The translations under genes were made by a program, and so were the position numbers. Below, piece after piece: positions 18,433-27,360 of a stretch of 64,000 bases of DNA. The DNA is from an uncultured Actinomycetota bacterium. Lineage in GTDB: Bacteria; Actinomycetota; Actinomycetes; JAHEKZ01. The DNA is taken from positions 192,001 to 256,000 of the forward strand of contig CAVQYR010000001.1 of NCBI GenBank assembly GCA_963718235.1. Direction: 5' to 3'. Every line of letters starts with the position of its first letter. Position 1 is the stretch's first letter. The notes under the pieces were generated by a model. That model ran no database searches. It was not told the DNA's origin and was given only the letters and a program-made list of their open reading frames with translations.

Positions 18433-19407
18433 GTGACCGAGGCCAGCAGCGAGCTCGCGCCTCCGGGAGCCCGGCGCGTGCTGGAGCGAGGTCGACCGAT
18501 CGGCTACCTGATGGCGATCGGTGGAGCCATGCTCTTCAGCGTCAACGGGTCGGTGTCCAAGGTGACCCTGTCCTCCGGCCTGGACTCGCTGGACCTCGTT
18601 CTCCTGCGGTGCGCCGGCGCCATGGTGGCGCTGCTGGTCCTCGTGCTGGCCATCGAGCCTTCTCGACTGAGGGTCCGACGCGACGAGTGGCCGCTGCTGC
18701 TGGTCTACGGCGTCATCGGGATCGCTTTGGTGCAGTGGCTGTACTTCGTCGCCATCGCACGGCTCCCGGTCGGGATCGCGCTGCTGCTGGAGTTCACCGC
18801 ACCGCTGCTCGTCGCGCTGTGGGCCACGTTCGTCCAGCACAAGGACCTCGGCCGCACGATCTGGCTCGCGCTGGCCCTCGCCCTCGCCGGCCTGGCGCTC
18901 GTCGCCCAGGTGTGGCAGGGACTCACCCTCGACCTGGTCGGCCTGCTGGCAGCAGTGGGGGCGGCGGTGTCCCTGGCGACGTACTTCGTCGCCGGCGAGC
19001 ACGCGGTGGGAACGCGAGACACCCTGTCGCTGGCCCTGTGGGCGTTCGTCGTCGCCACCGTCTTCTGGTCGGTCGCCCATCCGTGGTGGACCGTCCCCTG
19101 GGACGAGCTCACCGGTGCGGTGTCCCTCCAGGGCAACCTGGACAGCTGGTCGGTGCCGCTGTGGGCGCTCGTCGTCTGGATCGTGCTGCTCGGGACGGTT
19201 GCACCGTTCCTGCTCGTGATCGGCGCTCTGCGCCACGTGCCCGCCACCCGAGCGGGGATCGTCGGGACGATCGAGCCCGTGCTCGCCGGCGTCGTGGCCT
19301 ACCTCTGGCTGGGCGAGGTCCTGTCCGCCGTCCAGGTGCTCGGTGCTTTCGTGGTCATCGTCGGGGTCAGCCTCGCCCAGCTGGCCACCGCACCCACTCC
19401 GGACTGA
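18433..19407 (+). CDS. EamA/DMT family transporter
   Basis: LPVGIALLLEFTAP, IEPVLAG...LGE; about 10 TM segments. Confidence 0.88.
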   Translation: MTEASSELAPPGARRVLERGRPIGYLMAIGGAMLFSVNGSVSKVTLSSGLDSLDLVLLRCAGAMVALLVLVLAIEPSRLRVRRDEWPLLLVYGVIGIALVQWLYFVAIARLPVGIALLLEFTAPLLVALWATFVQHKDLGRTIWLALALALAGLALVAQVWQGLTLDLVGLLAAVGAAVSLATYFVAGEHAVGTRDTLSLALWAFVVATVFWSVAHPWWTVPWDELTGAVSLQGNLDSWSVPLWALVVWIVLLGTVAPFLLVIGALRHVPATRAGIVGTIEPVLAGVVAYLWLGEVLSAVQVLGAFVVIVGVSLAQLATAPTPD

Positions 19408-19427
19408 GCGCGGCCGCTCGCCTCGGC

Positions 19428-19763
19428 TCAGGCGGGGACGTCGGCGTCGCCCTCGGGCGGGGCGAACACCACGGCCAGGTGCAGCGCCTCGGTGATTTCC
19501 TCGAACCGGTGCGGCTGCAGAGCCGGAACGAAGATCACGTCTCCGGTCTTCACCTCCGACGCCTCGTGGGGGGTCACCAGACGCGCCCGCCCCGCAAGGA
19601 CCACGTAGATCTCGTCCTCGGTGTGCGGGCTCTGGGTGTCCTGCTCCCCAGCCTGCAGCACGTACAGGCCGGCCGACAGCGCGCCGGACCGGCAGAACTC
19701 GACCCAGGGGCCGCCGTCGGCTTGCCGACGCAGCTCCACCGACTCCTGTGCGAAGACCTCCAT
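19428..19763 (-). CDS. Cupin domain protein
   Basis: QSPHTEDEIYVVLAG and GDVIFVPALQPHRF cupin motifs. Confidence 0.85.
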   Translation of the reverse strand: MEVFAQESVELRRQADGGPWVEFCRSGALSAGLYVLQAGEQDTQSPHTEDEIYVVLAGRARLVTPHEASEVKTGDVIFVPALQPHRFEEITEALHLAVVFAPPEGDADVPA

Positions 19764-19807
19764 GTCCCCACCCTTCCCTTGACCCGGCACCCGGTCAACC
19801 ACTGGGC

Positions 19808-20269
19808 TCAGCCAGGGATGTCCCAGGTGAACCGGTGCGTGTGGATGTCGAAGTAGACGAACGACTCGGTGGCCCGCACACCAGGAAGCGCCTTGATGTG
19901 GTCGTTGACCACGGCGAACAGCCCGTCCATGTCCGCGCACACCACCTCGGCGAACAGGTCGAACGAGCCGGACGTCAGCACCACATAGATGACGCTGTCG
20001 ACCTCGGCTATCGCGTCAGCGACCGCACGGACGTCGCCGTCCACGGCGATCCCCACCATGGCCATCACCGGGAGCCCGAGTGCCAGCGGGTCGGTGACCG
20101 CGACGACCTGCAGCAGCCCGGAGTCCATCAGCCGCTGCACCCGCTGGCGGGTCGCCGGGGCGGACAGGCCCGCGTGCGGCGCCAGGTCGGCGTAGCTGAT
20201 CCGCCCGTCGCGCTGCAGCTCGCGGATGATGGTGCGGTCGGTGTCGTCCAGGTCGATCCGAGTGGTCAC
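19808..20269 (-). CDS. Lrp/AsnC family transcriptional regulator
   Basis: LDDTDRTIIRELQRDGRISY HTH; C-terminal GSFDL RAM domain. Confidence 0.92.
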   Translation of the reverse strand: MTTRIDLDDTDRTIIRELQRDGRISYADLAPHAGLSAPATRQRVQRLMDSGLLQVVAVTDPLALGLPVMAMVGIAVDGDVRAVADAIAEVDSVIYVVLTSGSFDLFAEVVCADMDGLFAVVNDHIKALPGVRATESFVYFDIHTHRFTWDIPG

Positions 20270-20278
20270 GGCGAGGGC

Positions 20279-21070
20279 TCAGATCCCGGCCGACAGGCCG
20301 AAGTCGATCGACAGGTTGGCACCGGTGATCGGGGCGGCGACCGGCTGGGCGAGGAACCAGATGAGCTCGGCGACCTCATCGGGGCGGATCAGTCGGGCAC
20401 CCGGGCCCTGGGGGTACTGCGCCAGCAGGTTGCGCACGTAGGCCTCCGGGTCACCCCCACCGAACGTCTCCGCCTGGTAGCGGACCATCGGGGTGTCGAC
20501 GTCGCCTGGACAGACCGCGTTCACCCGAACCCCCTTCGGAGCCAGCTCCAGCGCCAAGGCCTTGCTGAGGATCGACACCGCTCCCTTGCTCGCGCAGTAG
20601 ACGGCCGCCCCGGCGTTGCCCTGGACCCCGGCGTCGCTGCTCACGTTGACGACGCACCCCGACGTCGCCACCAGATGGGGGATCGCCGCGGCGGTGAGGA
20701 AGAACAGCCCCTTGAGGTTCACGTCCAGCACCTGGTCGAACGCGGCCTCCGTGGTGTCGGCGGTGGGGCCCTCGGTCCACACGCCCGCCGCGTTGACCAG
20801 GCAGTCGAGCCGGCCGGTTGCGGCCAGGCAACGGGAGACGATCGACCGGGTCGTCTCGACGTCGCGGAGGTCGCCGGGAAGGCTGGCCATGGCTCCGACC
20901 CCGTCCGCAGTGCGTCGGGCCCCGAGCGCGTCGACGTCGGTGACGACGACCTGCCACCCGCCGGCGGCGAACCGGGACGCGACCGCGCTGCCGACACCGC
21001 CGGCCGCACCGGTGACCAGGACGACCGGCCGGACGACGGTCGTCGGGTCGTCGCCGACGAATGCGGTCAT
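20279..21070 (-). CDS. SDR family oxidoreductase
   Basis: TGAAGGVG, VNAAG, YCASK, VNAVCPG. Confidence 0.92.
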   Translation of the reverse strand: MTAFVGDDPTTVVRPVVLVTGAAGGVGSAVASRFAAGGWQVVVTDVDALGARRTADGVGAMASLPGDLRDVETTRSIVSRCLAATGRLDCLVNAAGVWTEGPTADTTEAAFDQVLDVNLKGLFFLTAAAIPHLVATSGCVVNVSSDAGVQGNAGAAVYCASKGAVSILSKALALELAPKGVRVNAVCPGDVDTPMVRYQAETFGGGDPEAYVRNLLAQYPQGPGARLIRPDEVAELIWFLAQPVAAPITGANLSIDFGLSAGI

Positions 21071-21846
21071 GCGCGTTCCTCCGAGATCGAGTTGCCGCCG
21101 TCGACGACGACACACTGGCCAGTGACGTAGGACGCGCCCGGGGTGGCCAACCAGGCGATCGCCGAGGCGACCTCCGCCGCGGTCGCCGAGCGGCCCGTCG
21201 GCGTCCGTTCACCCTGGCGCCGCTCGTGCTCGGTCTGCGACCCGGTGCCGATCCATCCCGGGCACACCGCGTTGACCGTGATCCCGCGGCCGGCCACCTC
21301 CACCGCGAGTGCTCGGGTCAGCCCGACCATGCCGGCCTTGGCCGCTGCATAGACGGGCTCTCCTCGCATCGCCATCACCGGTCCGGTGATCGAGGCCACG
21401 TTCACGACCCTGCCGAACCCCGACGACACCATCGGCCGAAGCGCCGCGCGGGTCACGAAGTAGGCCGTGTCCAGGTTGCGGGCCATGCCGGCGCGCCACT
21501 GCTCGTCGGACAGCTCGGGCTCGCCGGTCGACTCGACCGGCTCGGTCACGCTGGTCATTCCGGCGTTGTTGACCACGATGTCGAGCGCGTCGAATCGCGA
21601 GACCACCGACCCGACCAGAAGCTCGGCCTGCACGCTGTCGGTCAGGTCGGCAGCGACACCGAAGGCGTCGACGCCACGCGTGCGCAGCTCGTCGGCCCGT
21701 AGCTCGATCCGCTCGCTCGTCGACGTCACCGCGACCCGTGCCCCCAGCTGCCCCAACAGGCAGGCGGCCGCGAACCCGATCCCCGTCTCGCTGCCGGCAC
21801 CGGTGACCAGCGCCACGCGCCCGGTCAGGTCGAACGCATCGACCAT
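21067..21846 (-). CDS. SDR family oxidoreductase
   Basis: TGAGSETGIG, VNNAG, YAAAK; ATGA overlap with the next gene. Confidence 0.92.
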   Translation of the reverse strand: MVDAFDLTGRVALVTGAGSETGIGFAAACLLGQLGARVAVTSTSERIELRADELRTRGVDAFGVAADLTDSVQAELLVGSVVSRFDALDIVVNNAGMTSVTEPVESTGEPELSDEQWRAGMARNLDTAYFVTRAALRPMVSSGFGRVVNVASITGPVMAMRGEPVYAAAKAGMVGLTRALAVEVAGRGITVNAVCPGWIGTGSQTEHERRQGERTPTGRSATAAEVASAIAWLATPGASYVTGQCVVVDGGNSISEERA

Positions 21847-21851
21847 CACGA

Positions 21852-23213
21852 TCAGCCGTACAGCTCGGAGATCGCCTTGGTGAACACCTCGGTGTGCAGG
21901 TCGACGTCGGCCTCGGTCGTGGTGGGGCACATCAGTGCCATGTTGTGGAACGGCGTCATCAGGATGCCGCGGTTCAACGTGTACAGGTGCATGTACTCGT
22001 CGAGGTCGTCGTCTCCGGCCGCAGCGGACTCGGTGCCGTTGCGCGGGGCCGGGCGGGCGAAGCGGTACTCGGCCCTGGCTCCGAGCTGGCTGATGGTCCA
22101 CGGGACGTCGTACCCGTCGAGAACGGCCCGCACCCCGTCGGTGAACCGCGTGGCCAGACCGACCATCTCGGTGAACGCCGCATCGGTCAGCACCTCCCCG
22201 AGGGTGGCCCGTGCGGCGGCCATCGACATCGCGTTACCGGCGAGGGTTCCGCCCACGCCGCCGACGTCGACCAGGTCGGCGTCCGGATGCGCCTCGATCC
22301 GGTCGGCCACGGCCGAGGTGATGCCGTAGGTGCCGATCGGGATTCCGCCGGCGATCGACTTGCCGATGACGAAGATGTCCGGCTGCAGCCCGAGCTGGCC
22401 AGTCATGCCCCCAGGACCGGCGCTGAAGGTGTGCGTCTCGTCGATGAGCAACAACGCCCCGTAGCGCGTGCAGAGCTCGCGCAGGCCCTCCAGGAAGCCC
22501 GGCTCAGGCAGGACGATGCCGATGTTGGTCAGGGCCGGTTCGGTGATGACGACGGCGACGTCACCGTGAGCCAGAGCACGCTCGACCGATCCAAGGTCGT
22601 TGAACTCCGCGACGCGGGTGGTGTTGGCCGGGTCGGTGGCCGGGCCGACGTTGCCTGGTCGGGCCATCGTCTGACCATCGGGACCGGACACGACGACGGT
22701 CTCGTCGACGCTGCCGTGGTAGCAGTAGGAGAACGCCAGCACCTTGGGCCTTCCGGTGGCCAGGCGGGCCAGGCGAAGCGCCCAGCGGTTGGCATCGGTC
22801 GCCGTGAGCGCGAACGACCACAGCGGAAGGCCGAACCGTCGGGTGAGCTCGGCGCCGACCCAGGCGGCGTCCTCGCTGGGCAGCATGGTCGTGATCCCGC
22901 CGAGGTCGCCGATCCGCTGCTGCACCGCAGCGACCGTGGCCTGCGGCGAGTGCCCGGCCATCGCCCCGGTGTCACCGAGGGCGAAGTCGACGTAGGTGTG
23001 ACCGTCGCGGTCGGTGACCCGGTTGCCGTGGGCACCGGCGAGATACAGCGGAAAGCCGCCGGACCACTTCACCATCCAGGTCATCGGCACACCACCGAAC
23101 AGGCTGGCCTTGGCCGACTCGAAGGCCGCGGCGCTGGTGGGGTTGGCCGCGCGGTAGGTCGCCCGCTCGCGGCCGATGAGCTGGGCGAGCCGGTCACGGT
23201 CGAGGGTGGCCAC
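21852..23213 (-). CDS. Class III PLP aminotransferase (glutamate-1-semialdehyde-aminomutase-like subfamily)
   Basis: YHGS, EPALTN, LIDETHT, IGKSIAGG; AGGAGG RBS before GTG. Confidence 0.87.
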   Translation of the reverse strand: MATLDRDRLAQLIGRERATYRAANPTSAAAFESAKASLFGGVPMTWMVKWSGGFPLYLAGAHGNRVTDRDGHTYVDFALGDTGAMAGHSPQATVAAVQQRIGDLGGITTMLPSEDAAWVGAELTRRFGLPLWSFALTATDANRWALRLARLATGRPKVLAFSYCYHGSVDETVVVSGPDGQTMARPGNVGPATDPANTTRVAEFNDLGSVERALAHGDVAVVITEPALTNIGIVLPEPGFLEGLRELCTRYGALLLIDETHTFSAGPGGMTGQLGLQPDIFVIGKSIAGGIPIGTYGITSAVADRIEAHPDADLVDVGGVGGTLAGNAMSMAAARATLGEVLTDAAFTEMVGLATRFTDGVRAVLDGYDVPWTISQLGARAEYRFARPAPRNGTESAAAGDDDLDEYMHLYTLNRGILMTPFHNMALMCPTTTEADVDLHTEVFTKAISELYG

Positions 23214-23251
23214 GGGTCCTCCTGGGACGATCAGATCAGTGGAAGGGGCCG

Positions 23252-23281
23252 ACTCTAGCAACCGATTCGTAAGGCTGACAA
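23252..23281 (-). promoter_or_regulatory. Sigma-70-type promoter of the aminotransferase operon
   Basis: Minus strand TTGTCA-N18-TAGAGT, 38 nt upstream of the GTG. Confidence 0.6.
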
Positions 23282-23367
23282 TCCCTTGAAGAGTGGATCC
23301 GTCGTCACCGACGACACTGCCTCCGAATCGCTCCGAACCGCCTCGTCCTGTGCGAGGATCCCCGCCC

Positions 23368-23892
23368 GTGACCCCGTACCGCGTGCAGTTCGTCTGCCTG
23401 GGCAACATCTGTCGCTCACCGATGGCCGAGGCGGTGCTACGCCACCAGGCCACCCAGGCCGGCCTGGGCCGCACCCTCGCCGTCGACAGCGCGGGCACCG
23501 GTGGCTGGCACGTCGGCGACCCGGCCGACCGCAGGGCGCGGGCCGTCCTGCACGACCACGGCTACCCGCTGGACCACGCGGCCAAACGGTTCAGCCCGTC
23601 GATGTTCGCCGAGCGCGACCTCGTCGTCGCGCTGGACTCCGACAACCTGCGCGACCTGCGTCGGCTCGCCCCCGACAAGGCCACGAACCAGTCGATCCGG
23701 CTGCTCCGCGAGTTCGACCTCGACGCCGACTCACTGGACGTGCCGGACCCCTACTACGGCGGCCGCGAGAGCTTCACCGAGGTGCTGCACACCATCGAGG
23801 CGGCGTGCAGCGGACTCCTCGACCACGTGCGTGGCCTGGTCCCTTCGCGCGGAGCGCGCCGCCCGCCGCTTCCTCAGCGTCCGACCGGGTAG
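23368..23892 (+). CDS. ptpA: Low molecular weight protein-tyrosine phosphatase
   Basis: VCLGNICRSP, DSAGT, VPDPYYG. Confidence 0.9.
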   Translation: MTPYRVQFVCLGNICRSPMAEAVLRHQATQAGLGRTLAVDSAGTGGWHVGDPADRRARAVLHDHGYPLDHAAKRFSPSMFAERDLVVALDSDNLRDLRRLAPDKATNQSIRLLREFDLDADSLDVPDPYYGGRESFTEVLHTIEAACSGLLDHVRGLVPSRGARRPPLPQRPTG

Positions 23893-25889
23893 GAGCGGAA
23901 CGGTCCACTGCTCAGGTCGTCTGGCCCGAGAATGCGCAGGCGCAACCGGTCGCTGCCGGCGGGCCGCCAAGCCACCACATGGAAGGTCCGGCGACTGGTC
24001 AGCCGCGTGGTCACCTCGCCGACGGTGCGGCCGTAGTCGATCCGAACCGTGACCTGGCGTCCGGCGCAGCCTCGTGCACCACACGTCCGGTGCGACCAGA
24101 TCGGGGAGATGCCACCGGACACCTCGACCGCCCGCCGGCCCGCGGAGAGGACGTCGTGCACATGCATCCCGAACCGGGCCGGGAGCAGGTGCTCGGCCCA
24201 GGTGATCCGGGCGAAGGCACCCCAACCCGGATTGCGTGCGACCGTCGCCACCCCGACCTCGGCATCGTGCCAACGGGCCTCGGTCGGCAGTTTCACCCGG
24301 GCGTGCGTCGGGAACGCCGTCGCCTCACCGACCCGGATCCGCCGGGTGACCCAGCTCCCGTCGTCCAGGAACACGGCGACCTCGAGCCGGTCGACGACGT
24401 CACGTCGCTTGGCCGGAGGGTCCCAACGAACGGCCACGGTGTCGCCATGGCGCTGCGCGCGGACCGCGCGCACGGCGGGCGGTCGTTGCGGCACTGGCTC
24501 GGAGTCCACCGAGGACAGCGCCGTGGGGAACGACGACACATCGCCCACCGACGTGTGCGCCGTGACCTGGGCCCAGGCGTCCTTGGCCATGGGCACCTGC
24601 AGCCGGACCGCCAGCGGACCGACCTCGTGGGTCGTGGTCCCCTGACTGTCGTAGATGCTGACGGTGTAGCCACTCACCGCGTGGGCATCCGGCGTCGACC
24701 ACGAGACCACGCCGTCATCCGCCGAGCCGGCGGCTGCGGTGCGCAGCGCCTTCAGCGCCTCCACGGCGTACGACGACAGGTAGTCCTGCGGCTTCGCCGC
24801 GGCCGTGCTGACGCCGAGGGCAGCTGCCGCGTCGACGAGCCCGAAGCCGGTGTCGGCGTCTCGACCCGGCGCGCCGAGGTCCTGGGCGGTCGACGTCAGT
24901 GCAGCCAGGACGTCCGCCGCGTCGTACCCGGGGTGGTCGCTCTTGACCAGCGCCGCGACCCCGGCCACGACAGGCGCCGCCATGGACGTACCAGACTCCT
25001 CCAGGTGGCCGGCCCGTGACTGGTCGGCAACGGTCGAGTCGACCGACAGGACCTGGAACCCCGGCGCCGACAGCGAGACGGTCGGGTCGAAGCTGGAGAA
25101 GAACGCCTGCCCGAGGTCGGGCGTGACCGCGGCGACACTGATCGCTCCCGGGCAGGACGCAGGCGCGTTGGCCAGGTTGAAGTCGAACCCGCCATTGCCC
25201 GCCGCCGCCACCACGACGACGCCAGCGTCGGTGGCGTCGGCTACTGCGTCACAGGTGCGGGCCAAGGCGGCTCGGTACTCCGCGGTCCTCGGCGTGTCGG
25301 CGATGTGGCTGGCGATCGTGCCCAGCGAGAGGTTCATGGCGTCGGCCCCGTGGTCGACGGCGAAGGTGACCGCCCCGGTCACCGCATCGAGGAACTGGAT
25401 CTCGGTCATCATCTGCGAGCGCCGGGTCAGCAGCTGGACCGGCAGCACCGCGGCGTCGGGGGCGATACCGGTGATCCCGTTGCCGTCGGCGTCGCCGGCC
25501 ACGATCCCCGCGACGTGCGAGCCGTGCCCGTACCAGTCGTTGCTGGTCCGCTCGATCGTTGCGTCGACGATGCTCACCGTGCCGTCGTCGGCCAGGGACA
25601 CCACGCCACCGGCCACGACCTGGCCCTGCAGGTCGGGGTGGGTCGCGTCGACCCCGGTGTCGATGACGGCCACCGTCGTCCCCGCGCCCGTCGACACCGA
25701 CCAGGCCTCGGGGGCGTTCACGGCGTCCAGCATCCACTGGTAGTCGGTCAGGTCACCGTCGATCACGGGCTGGACGGAGGGGGGGATCGGCGGTGGCTCG
25801 GACGCACCGGCAAGGCCCGGGAGCGTGGCAGTCAGGAGCGCGGACGTGGACAGCACGACCACGTTACGAACGAGCCAGGAGCGCCTCAT
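23874..25889 (-). CDS. Secreted S8 (subtilisin-like) serine peptidase with C-terminal beta-rich domains
   Basis: Signal peptide; triad motifs VIDTG, GHGSHVAG, SGTSMA. Confidence 0.9.
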   Translation of the reverse strand: MRRSWLVRNVVVLSTSALLTATLPGLAGASEPPPIPPSVQPVIDGDLTDYQWMLDAVNAPEAWSVSTGAGTTVAVIDTGVDATHPDLQGQVVAGGVVSLADDGTVSIVDATIERTSNDWYGHGSHVAGIVAGDADGNGITGIAPDAAVLPVQLLTRRSQMMTEIQFLDAVTGAVTFAVDHGADAMNLSLGTIASHIADTPRTAEYRAALARTCDAVADATDAGVVVVAAAGNGGFDFNLANAPASCPGAISVAAVTPDLGQAFFSSFDPTVSLSAPGFQVLSVDSTVADQSRAGHLEESGTSMAAPVVAGVAALVKSDHPGYDAADVLAALTSTAQDLGAPGRDADTGFGLVDAAAALGVSTAAAKPQDYLSSYAVEALKALRTAAAGSADDGVVSWSTPDAHAVSGYTVSIYDSQGTTTHEVGPLAVRLQVPMAKDAWAQVTAHTSVGDVSSFPTALSSVDSEPVPQRPPAVRAVRAQRHGDTVAVRWDPPAKRRDVVDRLEVAVFLDDGSWVTRRIRVGEATAFPTHARVKLPTEARWHDAEVGVATVARNPGWGAFARITWAEHLLPARFGMHVHDVLSAGRRAVEVSGGISPIWSHRTCGARGCAGRQVTVRIDYGRTVGEVTTRLTSRRTFHVVAWRPAGSDRLRLRILGPDDLSSGPFRSYPVGR

Positions 25890-25995
25890 GGCTTCCCCCT
25901 GTGCTGAGCTCCCGGCGGGTCCGGGGCTGCGCACGCTACGGCGGGAGCGCAGTGTGCGGTAGGGCCCTTGGTCAGCCGAGGCGGGATCGAGACCG

Positions 25996-26033
25996 GAAAA
26001 TGACTCGCGCTGCCAACCACACGTCACTACCGT
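25996..26033 (+). promoter_or_regulatory. WhiB7/WblC-type promoter
   Basis: GAAAAT (25996-26001)-N3-TCGCGC-N17-TACCGT (26028-26033). Confidence 0.65.
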
Positions 26034-26081
26034 CGATCCGGAACGCACCTGGCGCACGTCGGATCGAGGAGGTGGTCGGCC

Positions 26082-26144
26082 ATGACGGACCCGTTGGCCC
26101 AACCCGTCGCTTCCACCCTCGCGTGCACGGTCGCCTGCCTCTGA
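26082..26144 (+). CDS. Putative leader peptide (uORF) MTDPLAQPVASTLACTVACL
   Basis: Strong GAGGAGGTGG RBS; ATG 26082 to TGA 26144; lies between the promoter and rsgA. Confidence 0.55.
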   Translation: MTDPLAQPVASTLACTVACL

Positions 26145-26178
26145 GCGAGCGTCACGCGGTGTCTCCCCAAGGACTCTC

Positions 26179-27246
26179 GTGCCGATCGATGACCTCGCAC
26201 CTTCCGTCCCCACTCCCGAGCACGCACCCAAGAGCGCGCCCCAGAGCGCGCTGACCGGACGTCTGGCCCGCGTCGACCGCGGCGCCGTCGACGTCCTGCT
26301 GGACCCCGCGGCCGCCCGCGTGCGCGCGGATCTCGGCCACACGGTGCTGTCCGACGCCGCCTCCGACGCGTCGCTGCAGCCGGTCGTCGGTGACGAGGTG
26401 CTGCTGCGGCGACTCGACGACCACCGGCTGCTCGTCGACTCGCTTCGACCGCGGCGTACGGCGATCACCCGCGCGTCGGTGTCTCCCGGCAGCTCCCAAC
26501 GTCAGGTCCTGGCCGCCAACGTGGACCTCGTGGCTGTGGTCGAACCCGTGGATGCGGCCCCCAAACCGGGCCGGATCGAGCGCCTGCTCGCCCTCGCCTG
26601 GGAGTCCGGGGCCCAGCCCCTCGTCGTCTTGACCAAGTGCGATCTCACCCCCGACCTCGACGCGGTCGTGCAGGTGGCGGTCGAGAACGCACCCGGCGTC
26701 GACGTCATCACCTGCAGCGCGAACTGGGACGACGGCGTCACCGCGCTGCGGGCCCGGCTCACCGACTCCTGCACCATCGCGTTCATCGGGGCCTCCGGTG
26801 CGGGCAAGTCGACGCTGGTCAACCTCCTGGCCGGCGACACCGTGATGGAGACCGCCGAGGTGCGCAGCGACCACCGCGGCCGTCACACCACGGTGCACCG
26901 CGAGCTCATCGTGCTGCCGGGGGGTGCCATGGTGATCGACACTCCTGGGCTGCGCAGCGTCGGCCTCGCGAGCACCGAGGCCCTTGACCAGGTTTTCGCC
27001 GACCTGGAGGAGCTCGCCACCGCCTGTCGGTTCTCCGACTGCGCCCACGCGACCGAACCGGGCTGTGCGGTGCTGTCGGCGATCGAGACCGGCGTCATCG
27101 ACGAGCGACGGCTCACCTCCTGGCGCAAGCTGCAGCGCGAGGCCGCCTGGTTGGAACGCCGCGCCGACGCCCGCCTGCAGGCCGCCGAGCGGGCCAAATG
27201 GCGGGCCCGCTCCCGCGAGCTGCGCGCCCGGAACCTGCGCCCCTAG
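26179..27246 (+). CDS. rsgA: Ribosome small subunit-dependent GTPase RsgA (probably a paralog)
   Basis: Permuted GTPase motifs TKCD, GASGAGKST, GRHTT, DTPG; Zn site CRFSDCAHATEPGC. Confidence 0.92.
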   Translation: MPIDDLAPSVPTPEHAPKSAPQSALTGRLARVDRGAVDVLLDPAAARVRADLGHTVLSDAASDASLQPVVGDEVLLRRLDDHRLLVDSLRPRRTAITRASVSPGSSQRQVLAANVDLVAVVEPVDAAPKPGRIERLLALAWESGAQPLVVLTKCDLTPDLDAVVQVAVENAPGVDVITCSANWDDGVTALRARLTDSCTIAFIGASGAGKSTLVNLLAGDTVMETAEVRSDHRGRHTTVHRELIVLPGGAMVIDTPGLRSVGLASTEALDQVFADLEELATACRFSDCAHATEPGCAVLSAIETGVIDERRLTSWRKLQREAAWLERRADARLQAAERAKWRARSRELRARNLRP

Positions 27247-27265
27247 CCCTGCAAGCCCCTACCCC

Positions 27266-27333
27266 CATGTTGATCATGGACATGATCTGACAGTTCAACC
27301 CGTTTGGGCAGCATCTTGTGCATGATCAACATG
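27266..27333. repeat. Long AT-rich inverted repeat (REP/MITE-like, may act as a terminator)
   Basis: 21-bp arms CATGTTGATCATGGACATGAT / ATCTTGTGCATGATCAACATG, 2 mismatches, 26-nt loop. Confidence 0.8.
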
Positions 27334-27360
27334 TGAGAGGGGGCAGCGGAAGCGGAGCGC

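Noticed and set aside
23874-25889. S8 protease as a type VII mycosin or defence protease
   Set aside because: No ecc/WXG100 or partner ATPase genes adjacent and no C-terminal TM; it looks like a stand-alone secreted subtilase
26082-26144. Cys-containing uORF as a RiPP precursor
   Set aside because: No modifying enzymes or dedicated transporter nearby; its position fits a regulatory leader
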